A DNA stretch of 58,126 nucleotides, filler included, from a bacterium (GCA_040757115.1; 3 parts of 3 records of this genome joined end to end with filler, not necessarily neighbours in it), one strand, 5' to 3'. Positions 19,757 through 29,817 are shown, counted from the whole stretch's first letter. Translations and numbers: made by a program. Notes: generated by a model from the letters alone, not told the origin.

Positions 19757-20428
19757 ATGAACATATTCGGATATAAACAAGTTATGCGAAAGCTCCTGAG
19801 AGCTGTATTAAGAGGGGAAAGGAAAATACAGCGGGTAAGGAAAGATTATGGCCCACCGAGATTATCTAAAGACTTTTTTGATAAAAACCCGTTCAAGGAA
19901 CTTTCTGCAGCAAGGATGTTATATTCTTTTCTTTTATACTCAGAATTGAACATAGACCAGTTCGCTTCGAAACTTGTAAGAATGTCCGTCGGAAAAAGAA
20001 GGGAAGAAGAGGCGAAGAGGATAAACAAAGAAACAAAACTCGAAAATCTAATAAAAATGATGGAGCAAAAGCCAGATCCCCTTAATCACTGGCTACTAAA
20101 GAAAAGGATACTCCGTTTCCGGAAATCTGCAGTCCCAAAACTTATTGAAAGCTTGAGAGATAATCGAGATGATACATTTGTCGAGATAGGTATACAGATA
20201 ATTTACGAGTCCCAAATTGATTGTTCTTCCCAGCTTTTAGGAATTTTAGACTCAATAAAAGACCCTTATACTTTATCCCTGGTGTGCCTATTGTTAGGTC
20301 TTATTGGCCCAAAGGAAGCCCTACAACCTGTTTGGAATTATTATCATTTCCTGAAAGATAAATATTTCCAGGAGCAGTATGCTCAAGGACCCTTATTAGC
20401 ATTATATGAGTTTAAAGAAAGATTGTAA
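19757..20428 (+). CDS. Hypothetical helical (HEAT-like) protein
   Basis: 223-aa ORF with AVPKLIESL / LLGLIG..EALQP helical repeats; stop codon overlaps a GTAAGTATTCACC MITE end. Confidence 0.55.
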   Translation: MNIFGYKQVMRKLLRAVLRGERKIQRVRKDYGPPRLSKDFFDKNPFKELSAARMLYSFLLYSELNIDQFASKLVRMSVGKRREEEAKRINKETKLENLIKMMEQKPDPLNHWLLKKRILRFRKSAVPKLIESLRDNRDDTFVEIGIQIIYESQIDCSSQLLGILDSIKDPYTLSLVCLLLGLIGPKEALQPVWNYYHFLKDKYFQEQYAQGPLLALYEFKERL

Positions 20429-20561
20429 GTATTCACCACGAAGGACACGAAGAAAATTAGGTAACCGTTCAGCCACGAATGTCACAGGTTAATTCGTGTC
20501 CATTTGTGGCTAATTTCTCTAATTCTCTGTGAACTCTGTGCCTCTGTGGCTGAACGGTTAC
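20425..20561. mobile_element. Nested IS66-like MITE ends; inner element 20461-20561
   Basis: Perfect 16-bp TIR GTAACCGTTCAGCCAC; additional left end at 20425. Confidence 0.8.
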
Positions 20562-20574
20562 AGGATTTGAAGTT

Positions 20575-21273
20575 ATGGAGATTTTTAATCGGTCTGAGCA
20601 AAGAGTAGTCTTATTTCTTATTGCCTCAGCATTAATTGCCTCCGGGATTTTAATAGTAACGCATATCCAGGGAGAAAACGCACTCTCTAAGATTGAGGTC
20701 GTGCATTCTGCCTTTGAGGTTTTTTCAGAAGAAACAATACCAGATAAAGTCAATATAAATACTGCTTCATTAGAAGATCTGATGACTTTACCCAGGATTG
20801 GAAGTGTAACTTCAAATAGGATTGTTGAGTATAGAAGGATGCATGGCAAGTTTAAATCGGTCGAAGAAATAACTAAGGTTAAAGGGGTTGGTAAAAAAAA
20901 CTTTGAAAAGATTAGGGGATTGATAACCGTAGGTAATGTAGAAAAATTTGCCTCTATCACCGTAACATTAAAGGAAAGAAAGAGAGATTCTTCTTCCTTA
21001 AAAAAACATCGAGCTATTGATGTTGGCTCTATAACAGTAGAAGGAAGTAAATGTCTATCAGAGAAGTTGAAAATCAATCTAAATACTGCCTCTATCGAAG
21101 AACTTGATAAATTACCCGGCATTGGTTCTGACATAGCCAACAGAATTATCGAATATCGAAATATACAGGGGGAGTTTTCATCAATTGAAGATATAACTAA
21201 GGTAAAAGGGATTGGGCAAAAGACATTTGAGAAGATAAAAGAGATGATAACAGTAGATAAGGAGAATTTGTAA
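20575..21273 (+). CDS. comEA: ComEA-family DNA-binding protein with two HhH modules
   Basis: N-terminal TM; two IN(I/L)NTAS.E.L..LP.IG...VKG(V/I)G.K repeats. Confidence 0.85.
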   Translation: MEIFNRSEQRVVLFLIASALIASGILIVTHIQGENALSKIEVVHSAFEVFSEETIPDKVNINTASLEDLMTLPRIGSVTSNRIVEYRRMHGKFKSVEEITKVKGVGKKNFEKIRGLITVGNVEKFASITVTLKERKRDSSSLKKHRAIDVGSITVEGSKCLSEKLKINLNTASIEELDKLPGIGSDIANRIIEYRNIQGEFSSIEDITKVKGIGQKTFEKIKEMITVDKENL

Positions 21274-21305
21274 CTCAGATTTTATCCGAAAGCATTCATT
21301 ATATT

Positions 21306-21390
21306 AGGGCTTCACGAAATTAAAAATTGGTAACTGGTAACTAATTATTGGTAATTGGTAACCAATTACCAGTTACCAATTACCAAATAT
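21306..21390. repeat. Second TAGGGCTTCACGAAATT / GGTAACT inverted array
   Basis: Related to 3520-3605. Confidence 0.65.
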
Positions 21391-21407
21391 AAAGAGGTGG
21401 AATTACC

Positions 21408-22166
21408 TTGAAGTTATTAACCTTTTTGCTTATTGTTTCCTGGCTTAATTTCACAAGTTGTGCAGGCACAAGACCATATCAGGTGAATAACTTTTTTATT
21501 GATGACGCTATACATAAGTTAAAAGAAAAACGGGTTGCTGTCTTACCTTTTGAGAATTTAACCAAAATAAAAGAGGCAACCCTTTTAGTTACAGATGAAT
21601 TTAATCTACAGTTAGGGAAGATTGGACAGTTTGATTTAGTAGAAAGGATAAAGGTAGAAGAACTTTTTAAAGAACAGGATTTTTGCAAAGATAGGATTGA
21701 TGAGGCAACTGCGGTTAAAATTGGCAAGATGCTTGGTGCTCACGCCGTTATCTTAGGAGTAATTACTAAATATACACCTTATGGACAGGATAAACAAGTA
21801 GCCCAGGCACAACAACCTTCACCACCAGTTATCATCGGAGACCATCGCTGTCATAAAGATAAAGAAGAAGATGATGAAGATGACTGGTTAGATACTATCA
21901 TCGTTATCGGAGCGGTAGTTAGTGTTGTAGGTATTCTTTACATCCTTTTCCTTCAACCATCTGCGGAAGCAGGAATTAGTGTGAGGATGATTGATGTCGA
22001 AACAGGACAACAACTATGGCAAGCAAGAGATACTTTTAAAGGGAATAGACCATCTTTGAAAACATTAGTTAAGACAAGAGAAGAACGCAAGAGATTACGG
22101 AAAGATATTGATTTTTTAACTCAACATCTTTGCCAGAAATTAGCCGAAACTTTATTGATAAAATGA
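21408..22166 (+). CDS. CsgG/HfaB-like lipoprotein
   Basis: Lipobox-like FTSC; RVAVLPFEN, LVER..V..L..EQ, KIGKMLGA, RMIDVETG. Confidence 0.75.
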   Translation: MKLLTFLLIVSWLNFTSCAGTRPYQVNNFFIDDAIHKLKEKRVAVLPFENLTKIKEATLLVTDEFNLQLGKIGQFDLVERIKVEELFKEQDFCKDRIDEATAVKIGKMLGAHAVILGVITKYTPYGQDKQVAQAQQPSPPVIIGDHRCHKDKEEDDEDDWLDTIIVIGAVVSVVGILYILFLQPSAEAGISVRMIDVETGQQLWQARDTFKGNRPSLKTLVKTREERKRLRKDIDFLTQHLCQKLAETLLIK

Positions 22167-22186
22167 AAATCAAGGGAGGTTTAAAA

Positions 22187-22372
22187 ATGGCTCAGCAGAT
22201 AAAGAAAAAAATTTTCTCTCCAGATATTCAAAAGGCTATTAATTCATGGAAGGCTACTTGTGAAACCCTTTGTGACCATCAATTACTTAAGGATATAAAA
22301 GAGGGATTAGAGGATATTAAAACTGGAAAAGTCAGTCGGGTTTGGGATGATATTAAAAGATGTTCGAAGTAA
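22187..22372 (+). CDS. Putative antitoxin
   Basis: RBS GGAGG; ..ET...L..IKEGLEDIK.GKV pattern; overlaps the RelE-like gene. Confidence 0.6.
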   Translation: MAQQIKKKIFSPDIQKAINSWKATCETLCDHQLLKDIKEGLEDIKTGKVSRVWDDIKRCSK

Positions 22373-22620
22373 TCTGGACAAATAAGGCAAAAAAGTATTA
22401 TGAAAAACTAAACAGAGATTTTCAAGAAAGATTTGAGAAGATGTTGGATATTCTGGAGGTAACGCCTTTTTATTATGGAAAATCTATAAAGAAACTAACA
22501 GGAGCATTAGAGGGCTTTTATCGGTTTAGAATAGGGAAATTAAGAGTCTTCTACATCATAGATACAAAGAATAAGAATGTTATTATAACTAATATGGATA
22601 CAAGAGGAGATATTTACTAA
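22360..22620 (+). CDS. RelE/ParE-family toxin
   Basis: V.WT..AKK, IKKL.G..YRFRIG.LRVFY, RGDIY. Confidence 0.85.
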   Translation: MFEVIWTNKAKKYYEKLNRDFQERFEKMLDILEVTPFYYGKSIKKLTGALEGFYRFRIGKLRVFYIIDTKNKNVIITNMDTRGDIY

Positions 22621-22641
22621 AATCAAAGGAGGTAACTAAAG

Positions 22642-23652
22642 ATGATTAAAGAGGCAATTGCAAAGGTTGTTCAAAATCAAAACCTAACGCAAGAAGAAAC
22701 TGTAACCGTGATGAATGAAATTATGTCAGGCCAGGCATCGGATGCCCAAATTGCCAGTTTTATCACCGCATTACGCATGAAAGGTGAAACAGTAGATGAA
22801 ATTACCGGTGCGGCTTGGGTGATGCGAGAAAAGGTTACCAGAATAAATGTCGAAGGTGATGTGGTAGATACCTGCGGCACGGGTGGAGATGGATTACATA
22901 CATTTAATATCTCGACTATCTCTGCCTTTGTCGTTGCCGGAGCAGGAATTAAGGTAGCTAAACACGGTAATAAATCCGTTTCCTCAAAATGTGGTAGTGC
23001 AGATTTATTGACAGGTTTTGGAATAAATATTGAGGTATTACCTGAGGTGATAGAAAAATGTATTAAAGAGGTTGGAATTGCCTTTTTATTCGCTCCTAAA
23101 CTCCATCTGGCAATGAAATATGCCATTGGTCCGCGAAGAGAAATTGGCATTAGAACCATCTTTAATATCCTGGGACCTTTGACTAACCCTGCCGGGGCTA
23201 AACGACAACTTTTAGGTGTTTATGATGAAAATCTAACCGAAACTTTAGCTAATGTTTTGAAAAATCTTGGTAGTAAGCGAGTATTTGTCGTTCATGGCGA
23301 AGAAGGGGTGGATGAAATATCTATTACCGGTCGAACTAAAATAAGTGAATTAAAAAAAGACGGAAACATCTCTACTTACTGGATTACTCCAGAGGATTTT
23401 GGGCTAAAACGAGCCTCCATAGACGAAATTAAAGGCGGTGAGACTCAAAAGAATTTAGAAATGGCATTAGCCGTGTTAAAAGGAAAAGATGGGGCAAGAA
23501 GGGATGTTGTCTTATTAAATTCTGCCTTTGGTATTATGGCTGGTGATAAAGCAAATACCGTTGAGGAAGGAATTGAGTTAGCTAAAAAATCCATTGATTC
23601 AGGATTGGCATTAGAAAAGTTAGAAAGGTTAAAGGAATTTACTTCACAATGA
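22642..23652 (+). CDS. trpD: Anthranilate phosphoribosyltransferase
   Basis: DTCGTGGD..TFNIST, KHGN.SVSS.CGSAD, RTIFNILGPLTNP. Confidence 0.96.
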   Translation: MIKEAIAKVVQNQNLTQEETVTVMNEIMSGQASDAQIASFITALRMKGETVDEITGAAWVMREKVTRINVEGDVVDTCGTGGDGLHTFNISTISAFVVAGAGIKVAKHGNKSVSSKCGSADLLTGFGINIEVLPEVIEKCIKEVGIAFLFAPKLHLAMKYAIGPRREIGIRTIFNILGPLTNPAGAKRQLLGVYDENLTETLANVLKNLGSKRVFVVHGEEGVDEISITGRTKISELKKDGNISTYWITPEDFGLKRASIDEIKGGETQKNLEMALAVLKGKDGARRDVVLLNSAFGIMAGDKANTVEEGIELAKKSIDSGLALEKLERLKEFTSQ

Positions 23653-24425
23653 TTCTAAAAGAAATACTTAAAGAGAAAAAAATAGAAATAGAAAAAAGAA
23701 AAATAATCAAGCCTATGGCAGAGATGAAAAAGATGGCTTACGATTTACCTAAAGATAGCAGAGGTTTTAAACGCGCTATCTCTTATCCGAGGGGCAAGGT
23801 AAAATTGATTGCTGAGATTAAAAAGGCATCACCAACAGAAGGGGTTATTTGCGAAGAATTCGACCCGGTGGCTATTGCCAAAATTTATGAGGAAAGCGGG
23901 GCAAAGGCTATCTCTGTGCTGACGGATGAAAACTTCTTTCAAGGCAATTTACAACATCTGAAGGCCGTTAAAGAAGCAACTCATATCCCTATTTTGCGTA
24001 AGGATTTCATTATTGATGAATATCAAATCTACGAATCAAAGGTTTGGGGCGCAAATGCCATACTTTTAATTGCCGATTGCCTACCTCTGGAGAAAATTAA
24101 TAGTTTTTTAAACATAAGTCAAAGTTTAGGATTAGATGTTTTATTAGAGGTTCATAATTATGATGACTGGGATAAGGTTTCACAGGTGAAAACTGAGATT
24201 ATTGGAATAAATAATCGTAATTTATATACATTTGTGGTTGACTTAAAAACTACTTTTATGCTAAAATTAATCATACCAAAGGAGAAAATAGTCGTAAGTG
24301 AAAGTGGAATAAAGACAAAGGAGGATGTTCAATTACTTCAAGAAAAGGGAATCGATGCGATTTTAGTCGGCACAACATTGATGAAAAGTGGAAATATAAA
24401 GGATAAGATTAAAGAATTGTTGTAA
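23649..24425 (+). CDS. trpC: Indole-3-glycerol phosphate synthase
   Basis: IAEIKKASP, ISVLTD..FF.G, LRKDFI, GINNRNL, VSESGI. Confidence 0.96.
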   Translation: MILKEILKEKKIEIEKRKIIKPMAEMKKMAYDLPKDSRGFKRAISYPRGKVKLIAEIKKASPTEGVICEEFDPVAIAKIYEESGAKAISVLTDENFFQGNLQHLKAVKEATHIPILRKDFIIDEYQIYESKVWGANAILLIADCLPLEKINSFLNISQSLGLDVLLEVHNYDDWDKVSQVKTEIIGINNRNLYTFVVDLKTTFMLKLIIPKEKIVVSESGIKTKEDVQLLQEKGIDAILVGTTLMKSGNIKDKIKELL

Positions 24426-24451
24426 GCATATTCAGCATTCAGCTATCAGTT

Positions 24452-24683
24452 TATAGCACTTATTAATCGAAATTTGACCCAGATATGGCTATGAAATTCC
24501 AAATCACAAATTCCAAATTCCATTTAGTGAATTAGTGAATTAAGCGAATTAGCGAATTAGTAAAATCTAATCTCTAATTCACTAATCTCTAATTCGCTTT
24601 TTGGTATGTGGGATTTGGTGCTTGGGATTTGGGATTTTTTTACTTATTCACCCTGAGTAAAATTTTGACTAATAACTGCTATA
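24452..24683 (+). mobile_element. MITE C, second copy
   Basis: Near-identical to 11516-11747, same length. Confidence 0.88.
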
Positions 24684-24740
24684 CGAATTGTTAAATTAAA
24701 TCCGCTGGGAATTCTGTGGATTAAAAAAGGAGGAACTAAA

Positions 24741-25196
24741 TTGCAAAAAGGAATAGGGATTATTGGAATAATCTTAACTCTTTGTATCATTGGTTTTTTA
24801 TGTGTTTATTTTACCTCTAAAACCACACAACAAATGACTCAAGAAACAGGAGTTAAATTTATGGAGCGAACGGTTGGTAAAACCGCTGATGTTTCTACTC
24901 AGGCAAATTTAAACATATTGAGAGAGGCAATTATGCGATATTATAATGAACACCGTGTTTATCCGGATAGTCTGGATAGTTTTGGCGACCCACCGTTTAT
25001 TCCAGGTTATCTAAGGAAAATACCATCAGCAAATCTGGGAATGAATGTCCCTTATAATATAAGAACAAGTGATAAAATAACTTATGGAAATAGTGTAACT
25101 AACACGGGTGGCTGGTTATACAATCCGGCAACAGGAAAGATTATGGTCAATTATGATGGCTTAGATTCTGAGGGAGTGAATTACACTACATATTAA
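24741..25196 (+). CDS. Pilin/pseudopilin-like protein
   Basis: KG followed by hydrophobic helix without Glu5; NL..LR.AI..YY and GGW.Y motifs shared with the pilin at 28514. Confidence 0.65.
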   Translation: MQKGIGIIGIILTLCIIGFLCVYFTSKTTQQMTQETGVKFMERTVGKTADVSTQANLNILREAIMRYYNEHRVYPDSLDSFGDPPFIPGYLRKIPSANLGMNVPYNIRTSDKITYGNSVTNTGGWLYNPATGKIMVNYDGLDSEGVNYTTY

Positions 25197-25197
25197 A

Positions 25198-26040
25198 ATG
25201 AATAAAGTAAGTATTGTTATCCCGGCTTATAATGAAGAAAAGAGTATTGGTGCTTTAATTGATACACTCCGCGAAAATATGCAGGGCTATGAGTATGAGA
25301 TAATCGTTGTTGATGATGCCTCGAAAGATAAAACGGCTAATATTACTCAAGACAAAGGAACTTGTTTAATCCAACTTCCTAAAAATAGAGGATATGGTTT
25401 TGCGATTAAAACAGGTATTAAAAAGGCTAAATATGAAATCATAGCGATTATAGATGCGGATGGAACATATCCGGTTTCAGAAATGCCAATGCTAATTAAT
25501 TCTATTGGTGAATACGATATGGTGGTTGGAGCAAGAAAGAAACAAAAAATCCCACTTATCCGCAGACCAGCCAAGTTTTTCTTAAATATGTTAGCCAACT
25601 ATCTCACTGAGGCACAAATTCCGGACTTGAATTCAGGTATGCGTGTCTTTAAAAAAGATATTGCCTTGAAATTCTTTAATATATTACCTGATAGATTTTC
25701 TTTTACCATTACGATTACTCTGGCAATGCTCACAAATGATTATTTAGTAAAATTTATCCCCATAGATTACCTGCCGCGGGAAGGCAAATCTAAAATAAGA
25801 CCGATTCGCGATACCTATAATTTTATCCTGCTTATTATTCGGACAGTGATGTATTTTAATCCTTTAAAGATATTTATTCCTTTGAGTCTGACACTATTTT
25901 TAATCGCAATGGTTGTTTTTTGCTATAGTTATTTTGTGCTTGATAAAGTGATGGATATTACTGTCATCGTTATTTTAATGACTTGCGTGCAAATCCTGGC
26001 AATTGGACTTTTAGCAGATTTAGTGGATAAAAGGAGTTAA
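25198..26040 (+). CDS. GT2 glycosyltransferase (DPM1-like) with C-terminal TM helices
   Basis: IPAYNEE, VVDDAS.D, NRGYG, IDADGTY, DLNSGMR. Confidence 0.9.
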   Translation: MNKVSIVIPAYNEEKSIGALIDTLRENMQGYEYEIIVVDDASKDKTANITQDKGTCLIQLPKNRGYGFAIKTGIKKAKYEIIAIIDADGTYPVSEMPMLINSIGEYDMVVGARKKQKIPLIRRPAKFFLNMLANYLTEAQIPDLNSGMRVFKKDIALKFFNILPDRFSFTITITLAMLTNDYLVKFIPIDYLPREGKSKIRPIRDTYNFILLIIRTVMYFNPLKIFIPLSLTLFLIAMVVFCYSYFVLDKVMDITVIVILMTCVQILAIGLLADLVDKRS

Positions 26041-26074
26041 ATTGCCCGGTCTTACATCTTACCTTTTGCCATAT

Positions 26075-26941
26075 TTATCCTTTAAGTGCTTCAGCGGTTC
26101 CTGTAATTTCTGCTATTTCCTTGGTAATAGAGGCTTGTCTTGCTCGGTTGAAAGAAAGCCATAACTCATTTATCATCTTTTTGGCATTAGTTGTCGCGGA
26201 TTCCATCGCAACCATTCTTGCCGCATGTTCAAATGCCTGTGACTCTAATAGAATACGATGAAGTTGCACAACGATATGTTTTTCAAGCAGGGTATTTAAT
26301 ATCTCTTTTTTAGAAGGCTCATAGAGATACTCTGAGACTATTTTGGAAGAAGGAGGTGACAGGGGAATAATAGGCAGTAATTTTTCTCGAACTACTTGTT
26401 GTCTAAAAACAGATTTGAATTCATTATAGACACAAGTTATCTCATCTATTTCATTAGAGATGTATAAATCAATAACTCTTTTTGTTAGTCCTTCCGCAAA
26501 TTTATAAGTAACCTGGTCAGGTGTAGGAAGTGTAAATGGTATATTGTAATCAAATCGTTTAAAAAAATTAAATCCTTTTCTCCCGATTATCATTAATTTA
26601 ATATCAATAGATTTATCCCGCTCTTCTTCTAAATAATGAAATACATTTTTAATCAGATTGGTATTAAATCCACCACACAACCCTCTTTGAGAAGTGAACA
26701 TAAGTAATCCTGATGTTTTAACTTCCCGTTTTAAAAGTAGTGGATAATCTTCTTCTCTTTCTACCCTTAATGCCAGACTGCTGAGAATCTCATTTAACCC
26801 ATAGGCATAAGGTCTGGCAGAAGTAATACTCATCTCTGCTTTCTTCATTTTAGCGGCGGCAACAAGCATCATTGCTCGAGTAATTTGTTGGATATTTTTA
26901 ATCGATTTTATCCTTCTTTTTATATCACGCATCATAGCCAT
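26075..26941 (-). CDS. atpG: F1 ATP synthase gamma subunit
   Basis: IKRRIKS..ITRAM.LVAAAK, RGLCGGFN, EHAARMVAM..AT.NA, NRARQASIT.EI. Confidence 0.96.
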   Translation of the reverse strand: MAMMRDIKRRIKSIKNIQQITRAMMLVAAAKMKKAEMSITSARPYAYGLNEILSSLALRVEREEDYPLLLKREVKTSGLLMFTSQRGLCGGFNTNLIKNVFHYLEEERDKSIDIKLMIIGRKGFNFFKRFDYNIPFTLPTPDQVTYKFAEGLTKRVIDLYISNEIDEITCVYNEFKSVFRQQVVREKLLPIIPLSPPSSKIVSEYLYEPSKKEILNTLLEKHIVVQLHRILLESQAFEHAARMVAMESATTNAKKMINELWLSFNRARQASITKEIAEITGTAEALKG

Positions 26942-26984
26942 AGTAATTTCCTCCTTTTTGAGGTAATTAATTACCCCTTACTAC

Positions 26985-27716
26985 TCACCAATTACCAATT
27001 ACTAAAATAATCCCAATAACGGCTAAGAATAAATAATCTTTTTTCGCCATTTTTAGTTTTTTAGTCCTGTTTTTGATTATTTGGTCTCCACTGCTTTCTA
27101 AAACCACTGCTAATTCATCAGCTCGCTGGAATGAATTTTTAAATAATAGAACCATAGCAGGAATGATATATCTTATCTTTTTTAAGATATTTCCTTTTTT
27201 AACCTCTATCCCTTCCATCTTAATGGCTGTATTTAATTCTTCAAACAATATCGGAATAAGTCTTAAACTTAAGTGAAGAATTAAGATTATGTCTTGTATC
27301 GGTATCTTGATTTTTTTTAAGGGAGTTAATAAATATTCTAATCCATGACATAAATCTACGGAAGAAGTGGTTAGTCCTAAAACTGAAACCCATAGAATTA
27401 AAACTACCAATTTTACACTAAATAATGTTCCTGAATATAACCGTTGATTTAAAGAATATTCTTGAGGAGCAATAAGATAGATTAGAAATGTAAATATCAA
27501 AAACCATTTCAAAAATCGCAATTGAACAAAAATATCTTTTAGTTGTAATTGTGTTAAAATAATCATTAATAACAAAATGAAAATTATTACCCCTAAGGTA
27601 GTAAAATTATCTGCTAATACAGTAAATAAAAGCGCGGTTACTATCATTATCAGTTTTGCTCTCGGGTCTAATGAATGAATCACAGAATTACCCGGGATAT
27701 ATTGTTCTATTTTCAC
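26985..27716 (-). CDS. ecfT: ECF transporter transmembrane component T
   Basis: QYIPGNS.IH.LDPRAKL, LRLIP, RADELA; likely GTG start at 27716 (the MPERL extension derives from a MITE end). Confidence 0.85.
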   Translation of the reverse strand: MKIEQYIPGNSVIHSLDPRAKLIMIVTALLFTVLADNFTTLGVIIFILLLMIILTQLQLKDIFVQLRFLKWFLIFTFLIYLIAPQEYSLNQRLYSGTLFSVKLVVLILWVSVLGLTTSSVDLCHGLEYLLTPLKKIKIPIQDIILILHLSLRLIPILFEELNTAIKMEGIEVKKGNILKKIRYIIPAMVLLFKNSFQRADELAVVLESSGDQIIKNRTKKLKMAKKDYLFLAVIGIILVIGNW

Positions 27717-27733
27717 TTTATGAGCCTCTTTTT

Positions 27734-27837
27734 GTAAGCGTTCAGGCATCAGCAGTCAGAAGACAGTAGTCAGTAATCAGTGAGCAAGAGGTTATTACTT
27801 TTCACTGACTTCTGTTTTGTAATGGTTGAATACTTCC
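27734..27837. mobile_element. Degenerate IS66-like MITE
   Basis: GTAAGCGTTCAGG left end, TGAATACTTCC decayed right end, (CAGTAGT)n-like array. Confidence 0.55.
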
Positions 27838-27886
27838 AGAATTATATCATTATTCCATTATATAAGTCAAGGGGAATTTTTCGACC

Positions 27887-28110
27887 GGGTGCGTGTAAAA
27901 TTTATGGGTAAAAATATTCTGAGAGTTAGACCTGAAATTAAATCAAATATCAAATATCAAAATGCAAAATTACAAATCAAATTTCAAAAAGGACTTCAAA
28001 TATTTTAATGCTGAAATGTAGTAGATAGTTTATAGTAGATAGTTGAAGGACTATAGACTATAAACCATAAACTATAAACCATAAACTATACACAAATTTT
28101 ACATACACCC
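27887..28110. mobile_element. IS256-like MITE, 224 bp, with 9-bp TSD
   Basis: TIR GGGTGCGTGTAAAATTT / AAATTTTACATACACCC (15/17); flanked by TTTTCGACC on both sides. Confidence 0.85.
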
Positions 28111-28111
28111 T

Positions 28112-28380
28112 TTTCGACCTATGCGGTTAGAAATTACAAGCAAATTTCCTCAAACCTGAAAGGTTTGACTTTTACATAACCGTAGATAAAATCTACGGAG
28201 AGAAGAAAAACTCCTGCTTACTACTCAACCCTGAAAGGGTTGAATTCTAACCATGGCTTACATTCGACCCTTTCAGGGTCGAGTTTTGCGGGCGTTTATT
28301 TCCGTAGATTGCATCTACGGTTATTTAAAATTCGACGCTTTCAGCGTCAATAACCTAAAACCTAACCGCACAGGTCGAAA
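28112..28380. mobile_element. MITE with TCGACCT ends enclosing REP-like palindromes
   Basis: TTTCGACCTATGCGGTTAG / CTAACCGCACAGGTCGAAA (18/19); internal CCCTGAAAGGG / CCCTTTCAGGG and CCGTAGAT..ATCTACGG pairs. Confidence 0.75.
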
Positions 28381-28408
28381 TTTTTCTAAAAAAAATTTAA
28401 AAAAACTC

Positions 28409-28437
28409 TTGACAGAAATTCTTTTCTATGGTATAAT
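28409..28437 (+). promoter_or_regulatory. Strong sigma70 promoter for pilin
   Basis: TTGACA-17 nt-TATAAT, extended -10 TG, A-rich upstream tract. Confidence 0.8.
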
Positions 28438-28513
28438 TTATTTTAGAAACAAACACAAGGGTGTTGTTAATTATAAAATCTAAAAAAGAGATGTAAGGAG
28501 GTGAGAAAGGAAT

Positions 28514-29035
28514 ATGAAAAAAGGTAAAGGATTTACCCTTATTGAATTAATGATAGTCGTTGCTATCATAGGCATCTTAGCCGCAATTGCTATCCCAAGA
28601 TTTGCTCAATTGATTGATAAGGCAAGAGAGGCGGGAGCAAGAGGAAATTTAGGTGCCTTAAGAAGTGCAATTGCTATCTATTATGGAGATAATAAAGGAC
28701 AGTGGCCAGTGAAATTAGATACAAATCAATATACAGTTCCAGTTACTGGCGGTGAACTTTTCCCCGCGTTTATCAAGGGATATATGGCTAAACTTCCGAA
28801 AGCGACATTACAACGGGCTGTTCCTCATAATAATACTGCGACTATTGACTATGTTACTACACACCAAAATGATTATGTTTCTCAGACTCAAGTCTCAAAC
28901 AGTCACAAGGGAGGATGGATATACTCGTCAAATAGTGGTGATTGTCGAATTAACTGCGCCCACCGCGACACAGTATCAGTTAATACACCCAATTCATCCC
29001 TTTATTACTCAAATTATGGGCATGAAGAACCCTAA
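28514..29035 (+). CDS. Type IV pilin, probable major pilin
   Basis: KG/FTLIELMIVVAIIGILAAIAIP class III signal; own promoter and terminator. Confidence 0.9.
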   Translation: MKKGKGFTLIELMIVVAIIGILAAIAIPRFAQLIDKAREAGARGNLGALRSAIAIYYGDNKGQWPVKLDTNQYTVPVTGGELFPAFIKGYMAKLPKATLQRAVPHNNTATIDYVTTHQNDYVSQTQVSNSHKGGWIYSSNSGDCRINCAHRDTVSVNTPNSSLYYSNYGHEEP

Positions 29036-29077
29036 ACTTTAAATTCTTAAGTTAAGTGGTTCTCAAACAACAAAGAT

Positions 29078-29117
29078 AAAAAAGAGGTTGGTTAGTTACT
29101 AATCAACCTCTTTTTTT
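29078..29117 (+). terminator. Rho-independent terminator
   Basis: A6-GAGGTTGGTTAG-loop-CTAATCAACCTC-T7. Confidence 0.85.
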
Positions 29118-29139
29118 AAAAAAAGAGGAGAGAGGATTT

Positions 29140-29733
29140 TTGCTGACTAAAAAAGATAAACCAAAGTCAAAGATTTATGAGTTTATATTCGAGGTAATAA
29201 TTCCTGCTTTAATTTTAGCTTTAATTATTCGAACATTTGTTATACAGGCATTTAAAATACCCTCAGAATCAATGGTTCCGACACTTCAAATTGGAGATCA
29301 CTTATTTGTCCTTAAATTTGCCTATGGATTACCTATTCCTTTAACTAATAAAAAAATATTTGAATGGAATTCACCAAAGCGTGGAGAAATTATTGTCTTT
29401 CGTTATCCAGAAGACCCAAAAAGAGATTTTATCAAAAGGGTGATTGGACTGCCGGGGGAGGAATTACTTATTAAACACAAACAGGTTTACATTAATGGAG
29501 AATTATTAAAAGAACCTTATAAAATTCATACAGATATTTCTTCTCTGGAACAATTTCCTCGAGATAATTGGGGGAAATCAATAATTATTCCTTCTAATAG
29601 TTACTTTATGATGGGTGATAATCGTGACTCAAGCCTTGATTCTCGTTTTTGGAATTGTCTGCCTAAAGAACTAATTAAAGGGAAGGCATTTATTATTTAT
29701 TGGCCTCCGTGGAGGATAGGATTAATTAAATGA
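29140..29733 (+). CDS. lepB: Signal peptidase I
   Basis: IPSESMVPTL..GD, FIKRVIGLPG, MGDNRDSS.DSR. Confidence 0.95.
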   Translation: MLTKKDKPKSKIYEFIFEVIIPALILALIIRTFVIQAFKIPSESMVPTLQIGDHLFVLKFAYGLPIPLTNKKIFEWNSPKRGEIIVFRYPEDPKRDFIKRVIGLPGEELLIKHKQVYINGELLKEPYKIHTDISSLEQFPRDNWGKSIIIPSNSYFMMGDNRDSSLDSRFWNCLPKELIKGKAFIIYWPPWRIGLIK

Positions 29734-29817
29734 AACAGAAGCCTGTTGTTTCACTTCAGATAGCTAAATATACTCAAATAAATCAGGTTTGCAAAAAAGT
29801 TTAAACGAAAAGGGATC

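Noticed and set aside
20469-21140. Long antisense ORFs (also 22677-23159, 46669-46995, 50296-50680)
   Set aside because: Shadow frames of comEA, trpD, arsM and the IS630 transposase
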